Shown in pieces: positions 38,890 to 52,448 of a stretch of DNA of 64,000 bases (within the stretch, counting starts at the first letter, position 1; each line of letters begins with the position of its first letter). Origin of the DNA: the human T2T-CHM13v2.0 reference genome, Homo sapiens; NCBI RefSeq assembly GCF_009914755.1, contig NC_060926.1; one strand, written 5' to 3'. The notes beneath the pieces were generated by a model, which did no database searches, was not told where the DNA came from, and saw nothing but the letters and a program-made list of their open reading frames with translations. The position numbers and the translations under genes are program-made.

Positions 38890-39434
38890 CAAGCAACACC
38901 AATACTAGAAGGGTTCTAACTGTCCCTGTTTCTTTGAGTTATTCTCTCTGTATTCAGCATATTCCTGGAGTATGTATCAGTAATCTTGTATGCCTATGAC
39001 CTAGTTGCGAGTCTTCAGGGACAGCAAGGCTCTGGCTTCTTCGGCTATGCTAGTGGGATAAGACACTGTCTCCCACCAAAATGTCTGAACAGTGGATTCC
39101 ACAAGCAGAGGAAAAGGTCTCAAATATCAGAAGATTTTAAAATAAGTCTCCAAATACCTTTATTGCCAGCAGATCTAATTAGTTTGATCAGTCAATCAAA
39201 CACTGCAATGAGGGGAAATTCTAATTTATTGACCACCTCTCCTGTGGCAGTCACTGAAATAGAAATTATCTGCTTTTTAATCAATTAACTTGGCTGATGA
39301 CAACTGTTGCTTTGTGCTAATATATTTTATATTTTCCCTTATCAGAAACTGCATCTTTAATTTGAAATATTATAAAAAAGCAATTGAACATAGGAGTAGT
39401 TTTTGTATTACAAACAAAGCCTTCTTGTTAAGAG

Positions 39435-39625
39435 GTAGTACAGAACATGGCAGGTAAGATTAGGATTTCTTGGAATCAGACTAACTGAGTTCAAAAATCC
39501 TGGCTCTACTCTTTATTTGTGAGTGAATACAAATATGTGTTTACCCTCTCTGCAGCTTAGTTTGCTCTTTTGTAAAGTGGCAAGAAGAATGGTATCTACT
39601 CCAGGAGATTGCTATAAGGATTGAG
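39435..39625 (+). mobile_element. MIR SINE
   Basis: TGGAATCAGAC...GAGTTCAAAAATCCTGGCTCTACT...TTAGTTTGCTCTTTTGTAAAGTGG. Confidence 0.7.
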
Positions 39626-41313
39626 TTTCTATGAGTTGAACCAGTGCCATCATGGAGTGAGAACCATGTTCCCATGAGCCTCCATTCCTGTGTTTGCCTC
39701 TGCTAAGTGACTATAATCCACTTCATATGCTGGATGTATGGGGCAACATTAGTATAATTACACACACGGCATTTTTTATATCAAGAACTGTAGCTATCTG
39801 TTGCGTTGTAGTTTATCCTCAACATTTACAACTCTGGGCAAGCTACAGACCTCAATTTTATCATTTATAGAAGGAAAAGGCTAGAAATACTTGATCTCAT
39901 ATCCTGCTTAAGCATTCTTCAACAATGGCTCTGGAAAAACACAAAGTCAAAATCCTCCTGAAAAACGAGACTATAAATTCTGGAATCTGGCTTGACTACC
40001 CGCCAATAGTAGATGGATATGGATTAAGAAAACCTTAGCCGGGATTTGCTTTCTTCTCTTCCAAGAAACGCCATCATAGCTTACTTCCCTCCTGAACTAA
40101 AAACAACAGATTCAAAGAGATAGAAGCCCACTAGAAAGTGAAGATATAGTAAGAACATTTCAACACAAGCAATTGGGAAAAAGGAAAAAAAAAAAAAGCC
40201 TAGATAATGAAACTACCTGGAGACTTTTAAGAGAAAGATGGAATGAACGTCGATCACTTCATGCTACTTCTTTATATATATAAAATATTTCTTAGGATAG
40301 AGTTTCTGCCAATCTTCAAGTTGTGTGTGGTCACTACAGTTCTTGCTCCTGGATCATGAGCAAAAGAGAAATCAATTGGAATAACTCACCCAGATAGAAA
40401 GTGGTTTGCCTGACATGGGCATCTGATTCACCTACCAACCCCAGAGCCAACGAAGAGTGAAACCACCACCGGGAATGCCTGAGACAGGGAGGCAATAATG
40501 AGCAATCTTGCCCCTTATTTAGTGAAGCAAAACTAAAGCTGAACAGGACTTATGCCCAATTAATTATCTGAGAATACAGAGGAATTTGAAAGTCTCATGT
40601 AATTAAAACTTCCAAGAATATTTGACTACCCAAACACAATCACAAGCCGAAAAAGAAATTAAAATGCTCTCAAAGGAGTTACCTGCTAGGAAGCTGAACT
40701 TACTTAAATATAACAGAAAGGAGAAAATCTAGGGGTAGAGGGTTAGTCCTGCAGGGGTGGGGAGGGGGTGGTGAAGAAACCGGAGACGGGAAATTGAACT
40801 TAATTAAAAGGTAAATGACAAAATATATAAATAATAATTTAAATAATGATTGTAATAATGAACTATTAGCATTTAATGCATGAAAAAAACACAAAACTTA
40901 AGAGGAAATTAGCCTTTTTTAAAAGAACATAGGCTAAATTAATTTCATTAGAGTTTTGGCAAACCTCAACTTGATATCTAATAAGTAGGTAATCTCATCT
41001 ACTTTCATGGCTCAAGTTGTCATTCATACGTTTGTAAAAGAACAATGTTATGATACATAAAGTGATGTGCTTTTTTTTTTTCTTTTTGTAGTATTCTTAA
41101 CTTTTTCTTCTCATGCTTTTCAGGGAGATGGTGGTTCTGGGTATGCTTCCCCAAAGAGAGATGTGGTAGGCAGACAGCAGAAATGCCTGTGTATCTTTGC
41201 TTCAAGAGCTTTAGAATAACTTAGTACATTTGCTATATACAGAAATGTCTGGAAGAACACGTGGAAAGAGACTGGTGCTTCAAGCAGCTAGAAAAAAGAA
41301 GTCCTCTTGTAAA

Positions 41314-41853
41314 TGTAACCAGTTCGTTGCCTGATGTGCAGCAAGTGAATACCTCAAGAAACAAGGTTGCAGCAGGGAAAGAAGTCTGATCTTAACGCAG
41401 CTGAACAAGGAAGAGGAGGAAACTTCAAATCTGCCTCCCAAGGAGCTTAACGATAGGGATTTTAAGGGGGTTAATCAAGTATTGTGCTGGAGTGTCGGGA
41501 TCATTGATTGGTTAAAGAGTTCACGGTGAAGGCATGGGATGGAGAGATGAAGAAACTGCCTTCTCATGCTGATTCGGTTCCTCTGTGGGGTCTTCAAGCT
41601 GTCTGGAATCAGCCATTCCCCAGGAACTCATGATCTGAAAAACATCTTAAGCAACTCTAAAACAAAAACTTGTCTAATGTCAAAGATCATATCTCTACTA
41701 ACAATGAGGATGCAAAAGTCAGTATCTGGTGACTTTTGGTTAACAAGCAGCTACAAAGAAGTAGGACAAAGTGCAGCCTGATTAATGCTTAATTATATTT
41801 CTGTCCAGAACATGGTAAATAATTCTTGTTAATTTTGTGAGGATGTAGGCTCA
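41314..41853 (-). mobile_element. MER4-group ERV1 solo LTR, subfamily uncertain
   Basis: TGTAACC...CTCA termini; internal TCATTGATTGGTT, GGTTCCTCTGTGGGGTC and GATCTGAAAAACATCTTAA motifs seen in MER4-group LTRs. Confidence 0.6.
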
Positions 41854-42479
41854 GCTAGAGGGAGGAAAGGAAAGATAAAGAGAGCTCAACTGCAGGGGTA
41901 GCTGCAGGTAAAAGGACAGAAGGATCCTGCATGAGACCAAAGGGAATGGCGTGATGCAGAAACAGGAAATGCATGCATGATCCACCTGCATGGTCAAATG
42001 TTCCATGAACAATCCCACAAAGTTTCTGAGTGCCAGAATCTTGCAGAAGCATCGAATACACACCATGTCACCCCAAACTGGCATTAAAGTAGCAAGGAGG
42101 ACTTCTGAGACTAAAGTAACCATATTAATAGGAGGGGGTGTGTGAATGTGGACTTTACTCGGACAGGATCTCTGTTTTGTTCTCCTCTACCTCCCCATCT
42201 CCTACAACATGTCAGGCACGTAGCAGATGCTCAGTTAATTTTGTCTTATGGGAACCCAAATGGACCAAAAGCTAGACAGAAAGACAGACCTGGCAGTATA
42301 TTCTTTCATGAAAAGGGTCTTGAGGACCAGTAACTCCCATCATTTTCCACCTACCTTTGCTTGGTTTAACGTTTTAATATTCCACACTCATGAAGGAATT
42401 CAGGTATACGCCAGGAAAATCGGAGGAAAGTTTGATGGAGATTACGTTTCTGCCCCCTAATGGAATGGGAGCTCATACG

Positions 42480-42835
42480 AGAAAGCAATGCTCATTTATT
42501 ACTAAACGTTTGTTTATTGAGCCCCTATTATGTGCCAGACACTGTTCTAAGCACTGGGTATATGTCAGCAAACCAACACAAAGTTATAGAAACATAAAGT
42601 TTTGTTTCTTGAACATAACTAATGTTTTTAAACCTCATGGTAGGTTAAGTACTATTAAATATTATATGAGTAATAACCCAAGAGGACCCTCAAAGTAGAC
42701 ATTATAATACATGCTTTATAGATTGAGGAAGCTGAAACGCAGAAAAATTACTTATTATGCCCAAGGTCACTAAAATAGTAAAAGTAGATTCATGTTATGA
42801 ACCTAAGCCAGTCAGGCCCAAATGCCATGTTTAGA
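42480..42835 (-). mobile_element. L2 3' end plus MIR fragments
   Basis: TTTATTGAGCCCCTATTATGTGCCAGACACTGTTCTAAGCACTGG; GAGGAAGCTGAAAC...GCCCAAGGTCAC. Confidence 0.65.
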
Positions 42836-43750
42836 ATTATAATTTCTCAAACTGAGCTGTGTATTCTCTAAATCCTGATGACTCGGAAGTACAACCCTAG
42901 CCAGAGCCTCTCCCTTGGACTCCACGTCCCTACATACAAATGCTTATAGGATATCTCCAATCGGATGTCCCACTGACACCTCAAGCTCAGCTTAAAAAAA
43001 TTAAAACTGAAACCCACACTGATCTTTCCAATTTTTCCTGGGTTTCTTCCCACAGGAAATGCCATCCTTTCAATCTACATTTACCACACCATAAATTTGG
43101 CTTTCTTCCTTTTTGTCTTCCCTCCCCCTCCCCCACAGGCCATCCCTCATCTAACCGAACAGCAGGTTCTGTTGCTTCTCTTCTCCTAACATCTGTCAAG
43201 ACTTTCCCTATCTGGTGGTATCATCTCTTGTTTGCAGTATTTTAATGGGCTTCAGGTTTGTTCCTCCAACTCAAACTTCTGCATCATCATCGCCACAATC
43301 TAGCTAAACTGATTTTTATGAAATAAAAATCTGACCATTTCATGCCCATGTCATCGTGCCTTACAAATAAAGCCCAGCTTTTGTTGACGTACCATATAAA
43401 ACGAATTATGTGGGTCCTATCTGCTATCTAAGTTTCACCTCTCACCCTTTCCTCTTTCAGTCTTCCCTTTTCTCTTTCAGTCCTACTAATTGGAATCCAT
43501 CAGATACACAATCTGCACATCTGCAAATATTTTGTCTTATTTTTAAAAAAGGCTTTATCATTCCTTCTTCATCAGGATAAAGACAATTGATTGTCAAGGT
43601 ACCAGTGTAAATGCCATTTCATCTGGGAAATCTCTTTTAACTCCTCTGAAGTTATATCCTCTTTGTGTGCTCATTCCTGGTTGCTACTTACCATATGACT
43701 CTCCACTCCTCTGTCTTCTCCTGAAGACCACATTTCCCTTGATGTGCTGG

Positions 43751-45127
43751 TGAGAGGTGACAGCGTGCTAGCAGCCCTCACTCGCGCTGGGCCCCTCTTC
43801 GGCCTTGGCGCCCACTCTGGCCGTGCTTGAGGAGCCCTTCAGGCCGCCGCTGCACTGTGGGAGCCCCTCTTTGGGCTGGCGGAGGCCGGAGCCGGCTCCC
43901 TCTGCTTATTGGGAGGTGTGGAGGGAGCGGCGCGGGCGGGAACCGGGGCTGTGCGCGCGGCGCTCGCAGGCCAGCGCGAGCTCCCGGTGGGCGCGGGCTC
44001 AGCGGGCCCCGCATTCGGATCGGCCGGCCAGCCCCGCCGGCCCCGGTCAGTGAGGGGCTTAGCACCCAGGCCAGCAGCTGCAGAGGGTGCGCCGGGTCCC
44101 CCAGCACTGCCAGCCCGCCCGCGCCGCGCTTGAATTCTCGCCAGGCCTCAGCCGCCTCCCCGCGGGGCAGGGCTCGGGACCGGCAGCCCGCCATGCGCGA
44201 GCGCCCCCGCGTGGTGGGCTCCCGCACAGTACAGCCGGAGCCTCCCTGACGGGCGCCACCCCCTGCTCAGGGGCTCGCGGTCGCATCGACTGCCGAAGGG
44301 CTGAGGAGTGCGGGCCCGCGGGGCGGGACTGGTGGGCAGCTCCTCCAGTGAACCCCGCGACGGATCCACTAGGCAAAGCCAGCTGGGCTCCTCAGTCAGG
44401 TGGAGACTTGGAGAACTCTTATATCTAGCTGGAAGAGTGTATATGCACCAATCAGCACTGTGTCTAGCTCAGGGATTGTAAATACACCAATCAGCACTCT
44501 GTGTCTAGCTCAAGGTTTGTAAACGCACCAATCAGCACCCTGTCAAAACAGACCAATGAGCTCTCTGTAAAACGGACCAATCAGCTCTCTGTAAAATGGA
44601 CCAATCAGCTCTCTGTAAAATGGGCCAATCAGCAGGATGTGGGTGGGCTCAGATAAGGGAATAAAAGCAGGCTGCCCAAGCTAGCAGTGGCAACCTGCTC
44701 AAGTCTGCTTCGGTAGTGTGGAAGCTTTGTTTTTTTACTTGTTGCAATGAAACTTGCTGCTGCTCAGTTTTTGATTTTGCACTGCCTTTATGAGCTGTAA
44801 TCCTCACCGTGAAGGTCTGCAGCTTCACTCCTGAGGCAAGCAAGACCACGAAGCCAGTGGGAGGGATAAACAACTCCGGACAGGAAAAATGAACAATTCC
44901 AGACGCGCCGCCTTAAGAACTGTAACACCCACTGGGAACGTCTGCAGCTTTGCTTCTGAAGCCAGCGAGACCATGAAGCCACCAGAAGGAAGAAACGCCA
45001 AACCCGTCTGAACATCAGAAGGAGAAAACTCCAGACACACCATTTTTAAGAACTGTAACACTCACTGCGAGGGTCTGTGGCTTCATTCTTGGAGTCAGTG
45101 AGACCAAGAACCCACCAATTTCGGACA
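43751..45127 (+). mobile_element. LTR12 (ERV9; C/D/E-type) solo LTR
   Basis: TGAGAGGTGACAGCGTGCT start, GC-rich U3, CCAAT repeat array, U5 repeats (CTGTAACACTCACTGCGA), ends CCAATTTCGGACA; flanked by TGCTGG on both sides. Confidence 0.95.
43770..44670 (+). promoter_or_regulatory. CpG-island-like U3 with 7 CCAAT boxes, GATA and TATA-like element of LTR12
   Basis: CpG-dense 43770-44370; seven CCAAT between about 44445 and 44630; AGATAA 44651; AATAAAA 44660. Confidence 0.8.
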
Positions 45128-45988
45128 TGCTGGGAACATATCCTGGTAACTGTGTGTCCTTATTTCTCAGCACAATGCTTGCTACCTGAGAGGAGTGCAA
45201 TTAAAACAGCGACCACAATAACAACCACTTGAATGAATGGAAGAATGATTACATTAATTTCTGCTGGGAAGTGAGTAAGCAATAAACCAACCCAAATTTG
45301 GGAGAGAAAACATTTGTAAAGCAAAATCTGGCATAAGAGGACCGTGAAATTAAAACAAGGATGGGATCATAAATCTTACTCTAACTGGATCAAACCAGCA
45401 GCCTTCTCACTTTCTATCAGCCAAATGCAGAGCGGCAGCCACAGCTGCCTTTTCCCTGAAATCCAAATATAGTAACAGTTTTCTTTGTACTGTATCACTG
45501 CACTCACAGCAGCAGATTGTTAATAATTGGGTATATCAGCTTCTGAAGCAGCAAGCGAGGTTGATCAGATTAAAACACGAACAAGACTGAAAACAAGAGA
45601 GCAGTGGAATTAAAAATATTTATTAGAATAATTCTGGCTAGCCAGGGACTCAAAGCTCTGGCGATTAGATGAGAGTAGTTTATGCTAAAGGGGAAGTACT
45701 GGATAAGAAAACTGAACAAAACCTAATCTTCCTTCGGGATAACAGAGATCTTACCAGGCTGCTGAAACTTTCTAGTCACATGGCCTTAGATCTAAGTCAC
45801 GTTATGTTCTTCATCTTTAAATTGGGAATAACAGTATCTTCTTCTAATTGCTTGGGATGTTTTGAGGCTCAAATGAGGGCAAGACAAGAGTGTTCGATAA
45901 AGTCCAAGGTCTGCCAAAGTATAAGATCACGTGGTTTCTTCTGCTTAAAGACCTCTCACCAACCAATTTCCAGTGAAGTGAGATTAAA

Positions 45989-46700
45989 GCAGTGGTTCTT
46001 TCTGGGTGTGCTACTGCCTTGTGGAGTGTGTTTTAGAAACCTGTATATCATTTTTAGTTGGGGATGATAGAAGGAGCTACTGAAATTAAATGCGCAGGAG
46101 CCAGTGTTGCTAGTTGCACTACAATGGGCAGAACAATAACATGCAATGAAGAATTTTCCAACCTATGGCAAGAAATAATTAAAAATTGTCCACTATGGCA
46201 AGACTTTATAATGTCTTGAAGTAGGTAAAAAGACCTTTACGATTACTGGAAGCTAAAAAAGGGCCTCTGCAAATATTTATCCGCTGCACAAGGAATGTCT
46301 GACTGTGGGGCCAAGTAATGCCAAAGCCCAGCCAAGCCATGTGCCCTGAATCAGGCTGTACCTAGTAGGAAAGAGTGTTTTTAATCATTCACTGAAAAAT
46401 GCATGTGGAATATATCTCCACTGTACAATTAATATTTTTTGCATTGTTTTAACATACTTGAAATTTTCAGAAAAGTGAATAACATGTAAATCTCGGGAAT
46501 ATTATACTTTGGTTTTTGGAAAATTTAACAAGATTTTTTTTCACCTTTTCAAAACAATCACGTGTCCCAAGGGCAGTGCTGACCACAGTAATTGAGATCT
46601 CAAAACCTCTGTCTGTTTTTTTATCGATCATTATTCATTATTTGTATACATACTTAAGTGAACATAATTTCTGATACTGGGTAGTTACCCAATACATTTT
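45989..46700. mobile_element. hAT fossils (MER20B/Charlie-like, with a MER91-like piece near 46260-46395)
   Basis: CAGTGGTTCT terminus; GGAGCCAGTGTTGCTA...ACAATG...AAGAATT motif. Boundaries approximate. Confidence 0.45.
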
Positions 46701-48004
46701 ACCTTCTTATGTTTTCCTTTACAAACCTGAATGCTTATTCAAAATAATGAAAAGACAAATGCTTTTTCACCTGATCGTTATCAGTTGGAAATAATTCTTC
46801 ATTCTGATCAAAAGGGGGAATATATTTCAGATAGTACTGGGGTTGCAAGTAGATTAGAGGAAAACTAATATGATAACAAATGCTATGTCAGAGCCTTGGC
46901 AAAAAACATAGCATATGCCCAGAGCTAAACATTTTGTATTTGTTATTGCTAGGGTGATTATTTTTTCACTAGAATGTTGCCAATCTACAGCAAGTGACTT
47001 GGCTTCTGTATTTTGTGAAAAAATATATTTATTCTAAGAGATCTCTCTAGACAATTCATGTGGCATCCTTAAAGTAAACTACAGATTCTGTTTTATGTCA
47101 TTAAATCTTTTTAGGACAGTTTGAGACATCGGGAGGAGAAAATTCACACTAATGTCTATAAAATATGTCTTCAATGCTTCTACCACCAACTATACAGGAA
47201 AAATATATTGTGGATCAATAAAGAGCTAAACAGAATGACAAAGGGACTATAAAACAAGTTTACATTGTATAGACTTTGTGCTTTTAATCCCTTTGGGTAG
47301 ACCACTCACCTCTGCCAGGAGGCTCTGACAGCCTAGTGGGGGAGTTGTGTATTTACCTGCAACGTGACGATGTGTTACTGTGAGGTACATACTATAAAAT
47401 TAGTATGTACAGAAAAATTAGTGTCTAAACTTATTTGAGAAGTCATAGAGGAAGTGAAATTTCAACTGGGTTTCAAAGGTGGCATAGGAGTTTTCTCGAG
47501 AGTGAAAAGTAAAGACTTCCTCAGCAAAGTGAAGGGTGCATGAAAATACCTAGAATCATGGCAAAGGGAAACAGATTAAAAATTCTAGATGATAGTTTAC
47601 TTTGATAATAATAGCAATCATATACCTATCACTGCCAACACACATCAAGTAATTAATTACTGGGTTCTTTACATGCTATGTAGTGGAGATTGAAGACAAA
47701 AGCCACACCTCTCAGAAAGAAAGGATGAAAGAGACATAGACTCTATTGAAGAAACTCTAAAGCAAAGGGTTAGGAAGATGAAACATTTAGTTCCCTGAGG
47801 CAGTATCCTCTAGCAGAGAGACATGCTGAGGCTAGGGTAGTCTGGATATACTGTGGGTTATGCTACAAAAGGGGATCCCTACACATCTGCTTATTAATCT
47901 TTTTAAAGCATGAGCATGCAAGCCTTGCGTATCTGAGATGCGTTGGGGTGTAGCAAGCATGTGCTGATATGGTACCTAGGGGCCTCTGTAAAGAGAAGGT
48001 TTTG

Positions 48005-48394
<390 letters not shown>

Positions 48395-50044
48395 TCAATA
48401 TGTCATTTAATGACTATCATAACCTATTTATAATTAGGAAAGTTGACTCAAGTTCCAGCTCTGATATTTGTCATCTTGAACAATTTATTAAATTTCAGTT
48501 TCATTTTTTTCTTGTCTATGAAATAGGAGTATTACTAAATACATCATAGCATTAATTTGACTTACAGTAGATTAACCAGTATTGAGGTAAGTATCAATTT
48601 AATAGAAAATAAGGTGTTCTCTGTTACTCGTGTCTCCTTTGTAGGCTCCCCCCCACCCTGGGATGTAGTATACCTGTTCATTTGTTTTTTAACAGTGAGG
48701 AGTGTCAGAGAAGTTTCACGATGAAATATGGGAAAAAGAATTTAATCATAATATAGAAATTCTGAAAGGAGAAGGAAGAAGATATTTTTCTGTTTCATTT
48801 TGTTTTGAAAGAGAAAGCAAGGAAAGAATTTTAAAAGATGCAATGACACGGAACTGTGGATATTTTCCTAACCCCCAAGATGTGCAAAGCAAACTGATAC
48901 GTGAAGAACATTAGAGGACTTTGAATTACTAAAGTGGCAGCGCGAGTGAGATAATCAAGCTGTGGTTTTAGGGGACAATAATGCTCAACAGAAAACTGGG
49001 CAGATGCTGAAGAGTGCGATGTATGGGCATCCTAAAGCTGGTGGTGGAAAATAGAGCAACAGTCTTAGAGACTGAGATTAAAGACCCATGCCTGTGCAAT
49101 GGTGATAAGCAATGTGTCTGCATATTTTCAAGGATTTGGATTCTTTAGGGTTTTCATTGCAAATTGGAGACTTAATGTTTCTTAGAATTTTTTGGTTTTG
49201 TTTTTTAGGTTAGTTAAACCTCTTTCTCTAAACTTAGGTAGGGTGGTTCCAAGCAGTCATTTGAGCTGGAAAGTATTTTTCTTCTCATGGTGAGAAGAGG
49301 TTCATGACATATGAGGCAAAACAGTTTCAAATGTTACCAAGGTTTCCTATTGGAGTTTAATTACTCATTTAAGTGAAATCCATATGACATTCCACCACAA
49401 AGTGGGAAAAAAGAGAGTCTCTAGAAATCCTGTTAAACTCTTCTGGCTAGGCTCAAGCTATCATTAGATAAAATGGGCCAAAATTCATAAAACAAAAACA
49501 AGACTTAGCTCCACATATTCATTTTATTATACACAATGAAGTGCATGAATTTTATCTTGCTTTTAATGATATTTAACACATAGGAAAATTTAGCAGTAAT
49601 AAAATGTTGAAAAGTGCAGCCTTAGATGCTGCATTGTGAGTATGACTCAGATTTAAGCTATTTATGGCTACAAGGACAAAAAAACCTTTTGAGCCTAAGC
49701 CTGTTTATTTGTCATTGCTTTTTCTCCCTTGTAGTCATAAAATGTAAACTTCATAATTGTGTAGTGGTGTTTACTAGGCATTTCAAATATGGTCATTTTC
49801 TTTTCCTTTTGCTGTCTTTACGAGTATTTTGCCTCTTTACTCAGATTCTAACCCTTACAGGTACCATCTAAGCAAAGAATCTACTGAGAATAACTACACC
49901 CTGCCTATGTTTTTTTATTTTGTTACATTTGTCAGGCACTCGATGGATATTCCTGAGCAAAGTGGCTGCGATATTCATCTATGTGAAAATAGAAATAAGA
50001 AAAAATGTAAAAGTAAAAATTATCAAAAGTTAGAAAAATAAATA

Positions 50045-50348
50045 CAGCTGGTGCTCCAGATCCATAGGTTTGGCATCCATGGGTTCAACCAACCATAGCT
50101 CAAAAGTATTCAGAAAAAATAACACACCAATAAAAAATAATGCAAAGAAAAAAATGGAGTGTCACATACATAGCATTTACATTGTATTAGGTACTACAAG
50201 TAATCGAGATATGACGAAAATCACAGGGAATGTGCATAGGTTATATGCAAATACTACATCATTATATATTAGAGACTTGAGCATCCATGAATTCTGGCAT
50301 CTGTGGGAGTCCTAGAACCAGTTCCCCACAGATACCAAATGATAACTC
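50045..50348 (-). mobile_element. MER2 (TcMar-Tigger) MITE
   Basis: CATAGCATTTACATTGTATTAGGTA...GGTTATATGCAAATACTAC...GACTTGAGCATCC; TA dinucleotides on both sides. Confidence 0.85.
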
Positions 50349-51049
50349 TATAAGCTTAAACATACGCATATATAATTTTTTAATTTTTCTTATGTAAGAT
50401 GTAAATGATTAGCTGTGTATTATTTTACAAATATTTTTAAAGCTTTAATTTAAAATCTAAGCATTTTTTCATGGTATTAATGTTTTATCCAAATAATATA
50501 ATTTTCATTAATTTATTGAGGAAAATGACCCATCTCAAAGGAGAACGCTTGCAAAACAAATACAATTTAAAAGCCCACATGGCACCTTATTCCCACTATA
50601 CACACAAGAAAATCGGTACATATCTGGTTTGCATATTCCACTCATATGCATAGCTATGTCTATATAACTATATAGAGATATACACACATTTTATATTTCA
50701 AAACAAGATCATGCTGCAATTGTTTAGGTAACGTGATCTTTTCTTCAAACAATATATTTTGACTAATATCCTGTTATTTAAATTTTCCTTCTAAATCTTG
50801 GTTTTAAATGAGATCTCAGTAAATCACATAAATATAGTTTATCACACCAAACACCCATTGTTAGGCATTTTTTATTCCTTTTCACTGTAATAAAACCTGT
50901 ATCCATATAAGTGTGTATGCACGTGTATATAATCTCTGATTATTTAGCAATATATTTCTGAAGTAATTATTAAATCAATACCATAGTCTTTATAACTATA
51001 TTTTTATAAAAGTTGCAATACCTGAGAGAACAAGTGTCTTTTAACTCAT

Positions 51050-51750
51050 TTTTCTCTCCAGGGATGTCATGGGAATTCTGCTTCTTGGCAATTTTCACGG
51101 ATTGTAAAATTAGCTTACCAACTTGCATAAAAACTTCTGGTGAGTTCTGATTAAAATCACATTAAATTTGAAGAGAATAAATACTTTTATGATATTGAGT
51201 CTCCCTAAATATTAACATGGTAAATATTTCCATTAGTTTTATCTTTTAGAATGTCTTTCAATGAAGTTAATAACTTCTCCATATAAGTCTTGCATACACT
51301 TTATATTTACTACAAGGTGCCTTAGAACTTTTATAGCTATGAAAATTTTATTGGACATTGATAGCAAATTTGCATTATTTTATTATTAATTCTAGAAGTC
51401 ATTTACATTTTTTGCTAGTCATGTATCATATCACTTACAATTAATGAGAGCTTTATTTTTCCTTTTTAATACTTCTATGTTTGTCTTTTATTCTGTTTTC
51501 TTAATGTTCCATGGAAATCCTGCAGTATGTTATTGAATATCATCAGTTTTAGCAAGCATTCTTGTCTCATTCCTGATTTTAGAGGAAATACTTGAACTTC
51601 TCACTCGTAAGTATGATGCTTTCTGAAGATTTGAGTATTTACACTTCCCTTCCTCAATGATTTGTGATGTCAGCCCTGTCATACATTTCCATAAATATGT
51701 GGATCTGTTTCTCATTTCACAATTTTGTTTCACTCATCTATTTGTTTGTT
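51050..51750 (-). mobile_element. Ancient L1M fragments (continuing after the MLT2 to about 54150)
   Basis: TGATATTGAGTCT...AACATGGTA and CATTCTTGTCTCATTCCTGATTTTAGAGGAAA L1 ORF2 antisense motifs. Confidence 0.55.
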
Positions 51751-51755
51751 GCTGC

Positions 51756-52448
51756 ATATAAGGGTTGATTTGGGAGTATGAACTTGAGTGAATTAGAGAT
51801 GCCCAGATAGCTGGCAAAGTATTATTTATTCCTAATCAGTGCATTAATTATTCTCAGTGCTTTAGTAAGAACTGAGCCCATCCCTCTTTTGATGCAAGGG
51901 AAACCCAGGTGGTTTGGCATTTGATTACAATGACTGGACTGCCTAGGTGTGTCTCTGAGGGTGTTTCTGCAAGAGATTCGCATGTGAATTGGTGGACTGA
52001 GTGGAGAGGATCCACCTTCATGTAGGTGGGTCCTGTGCAATCGACTGGAACAATTGGATGGTGCCTTTTTATTCTAGATCGAACAGAAAGGTAGTAGGGG
52101 CAAGGCAAATTCTTGCTATCGCTTCAGAAGCTGGGAAGCCCTTTTCTCCTGCCGTTGCATGTCAGAACTCGAGGTTCTCTGGCTTTTGAACTCTGGAACT
52201 TGAATCAGTACCCCACCCACAACTCACACTGAGAGTTATACCATCAGCTTCATTGGCTCTGAGGCCTTAGGACCTGGACTTAGCCATGCTACCAGCCTCC
52301 CTGTTTCTCCAGTTTGCAGACAGAATATGGTGGGACTTCTCAACCTCCATAATTGTGTAAGTCAATTTCCCTAAGAAATCCCTTCTTATGTATCTCTTTA
52401 TATGTAGCCTATTGGTTCTATCTCTCTGGAGAGCCCTGACTAAAACAC
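51756..52448 (+). mobile_element. MLT2 (HERV-L) solo LTR, MLT2C-like
   Basis: GATGCCCAGATAGCTGG...GGGTGTTTCTGCAAGAGATT...CCTATTGGTTCTATCTCTCTGGAGAGCCCTGACTAAAACA. Confidence 0.85.

Larger units (their letters stand above)
42870..45245 (+). mobile_element. L2 fragment split by the LTR12 insertion
   Basis: GGATATCTCCAATCGGATGTCCCACTGACACCTCAAGCTCA upstream; CAGCACAATGCTTG...TGAATGAATG tail downstream of the LTR. Confidence 0.6.

Noticed and set aside
43778-44428. Cluster of overlapping 70-150 aa ORFs on both strands suggesting a GC-rich first exon
   Set aside because: Entirely within LTR12 U3; stop codons are scarce because of high GC.
44425-45075. Regularly spaced repeats resembling a CRISPR-like array
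   Set aside because: These are the known LTR12 CCAAT enhancer repeats and U5 repeats; there are no unique spacers or cas genes and the context is eukaryotic.
45669-46067. 132-aa ORF
   Set aside because: Overlaps MIR-like and hAT fossils with no recognisable domain.
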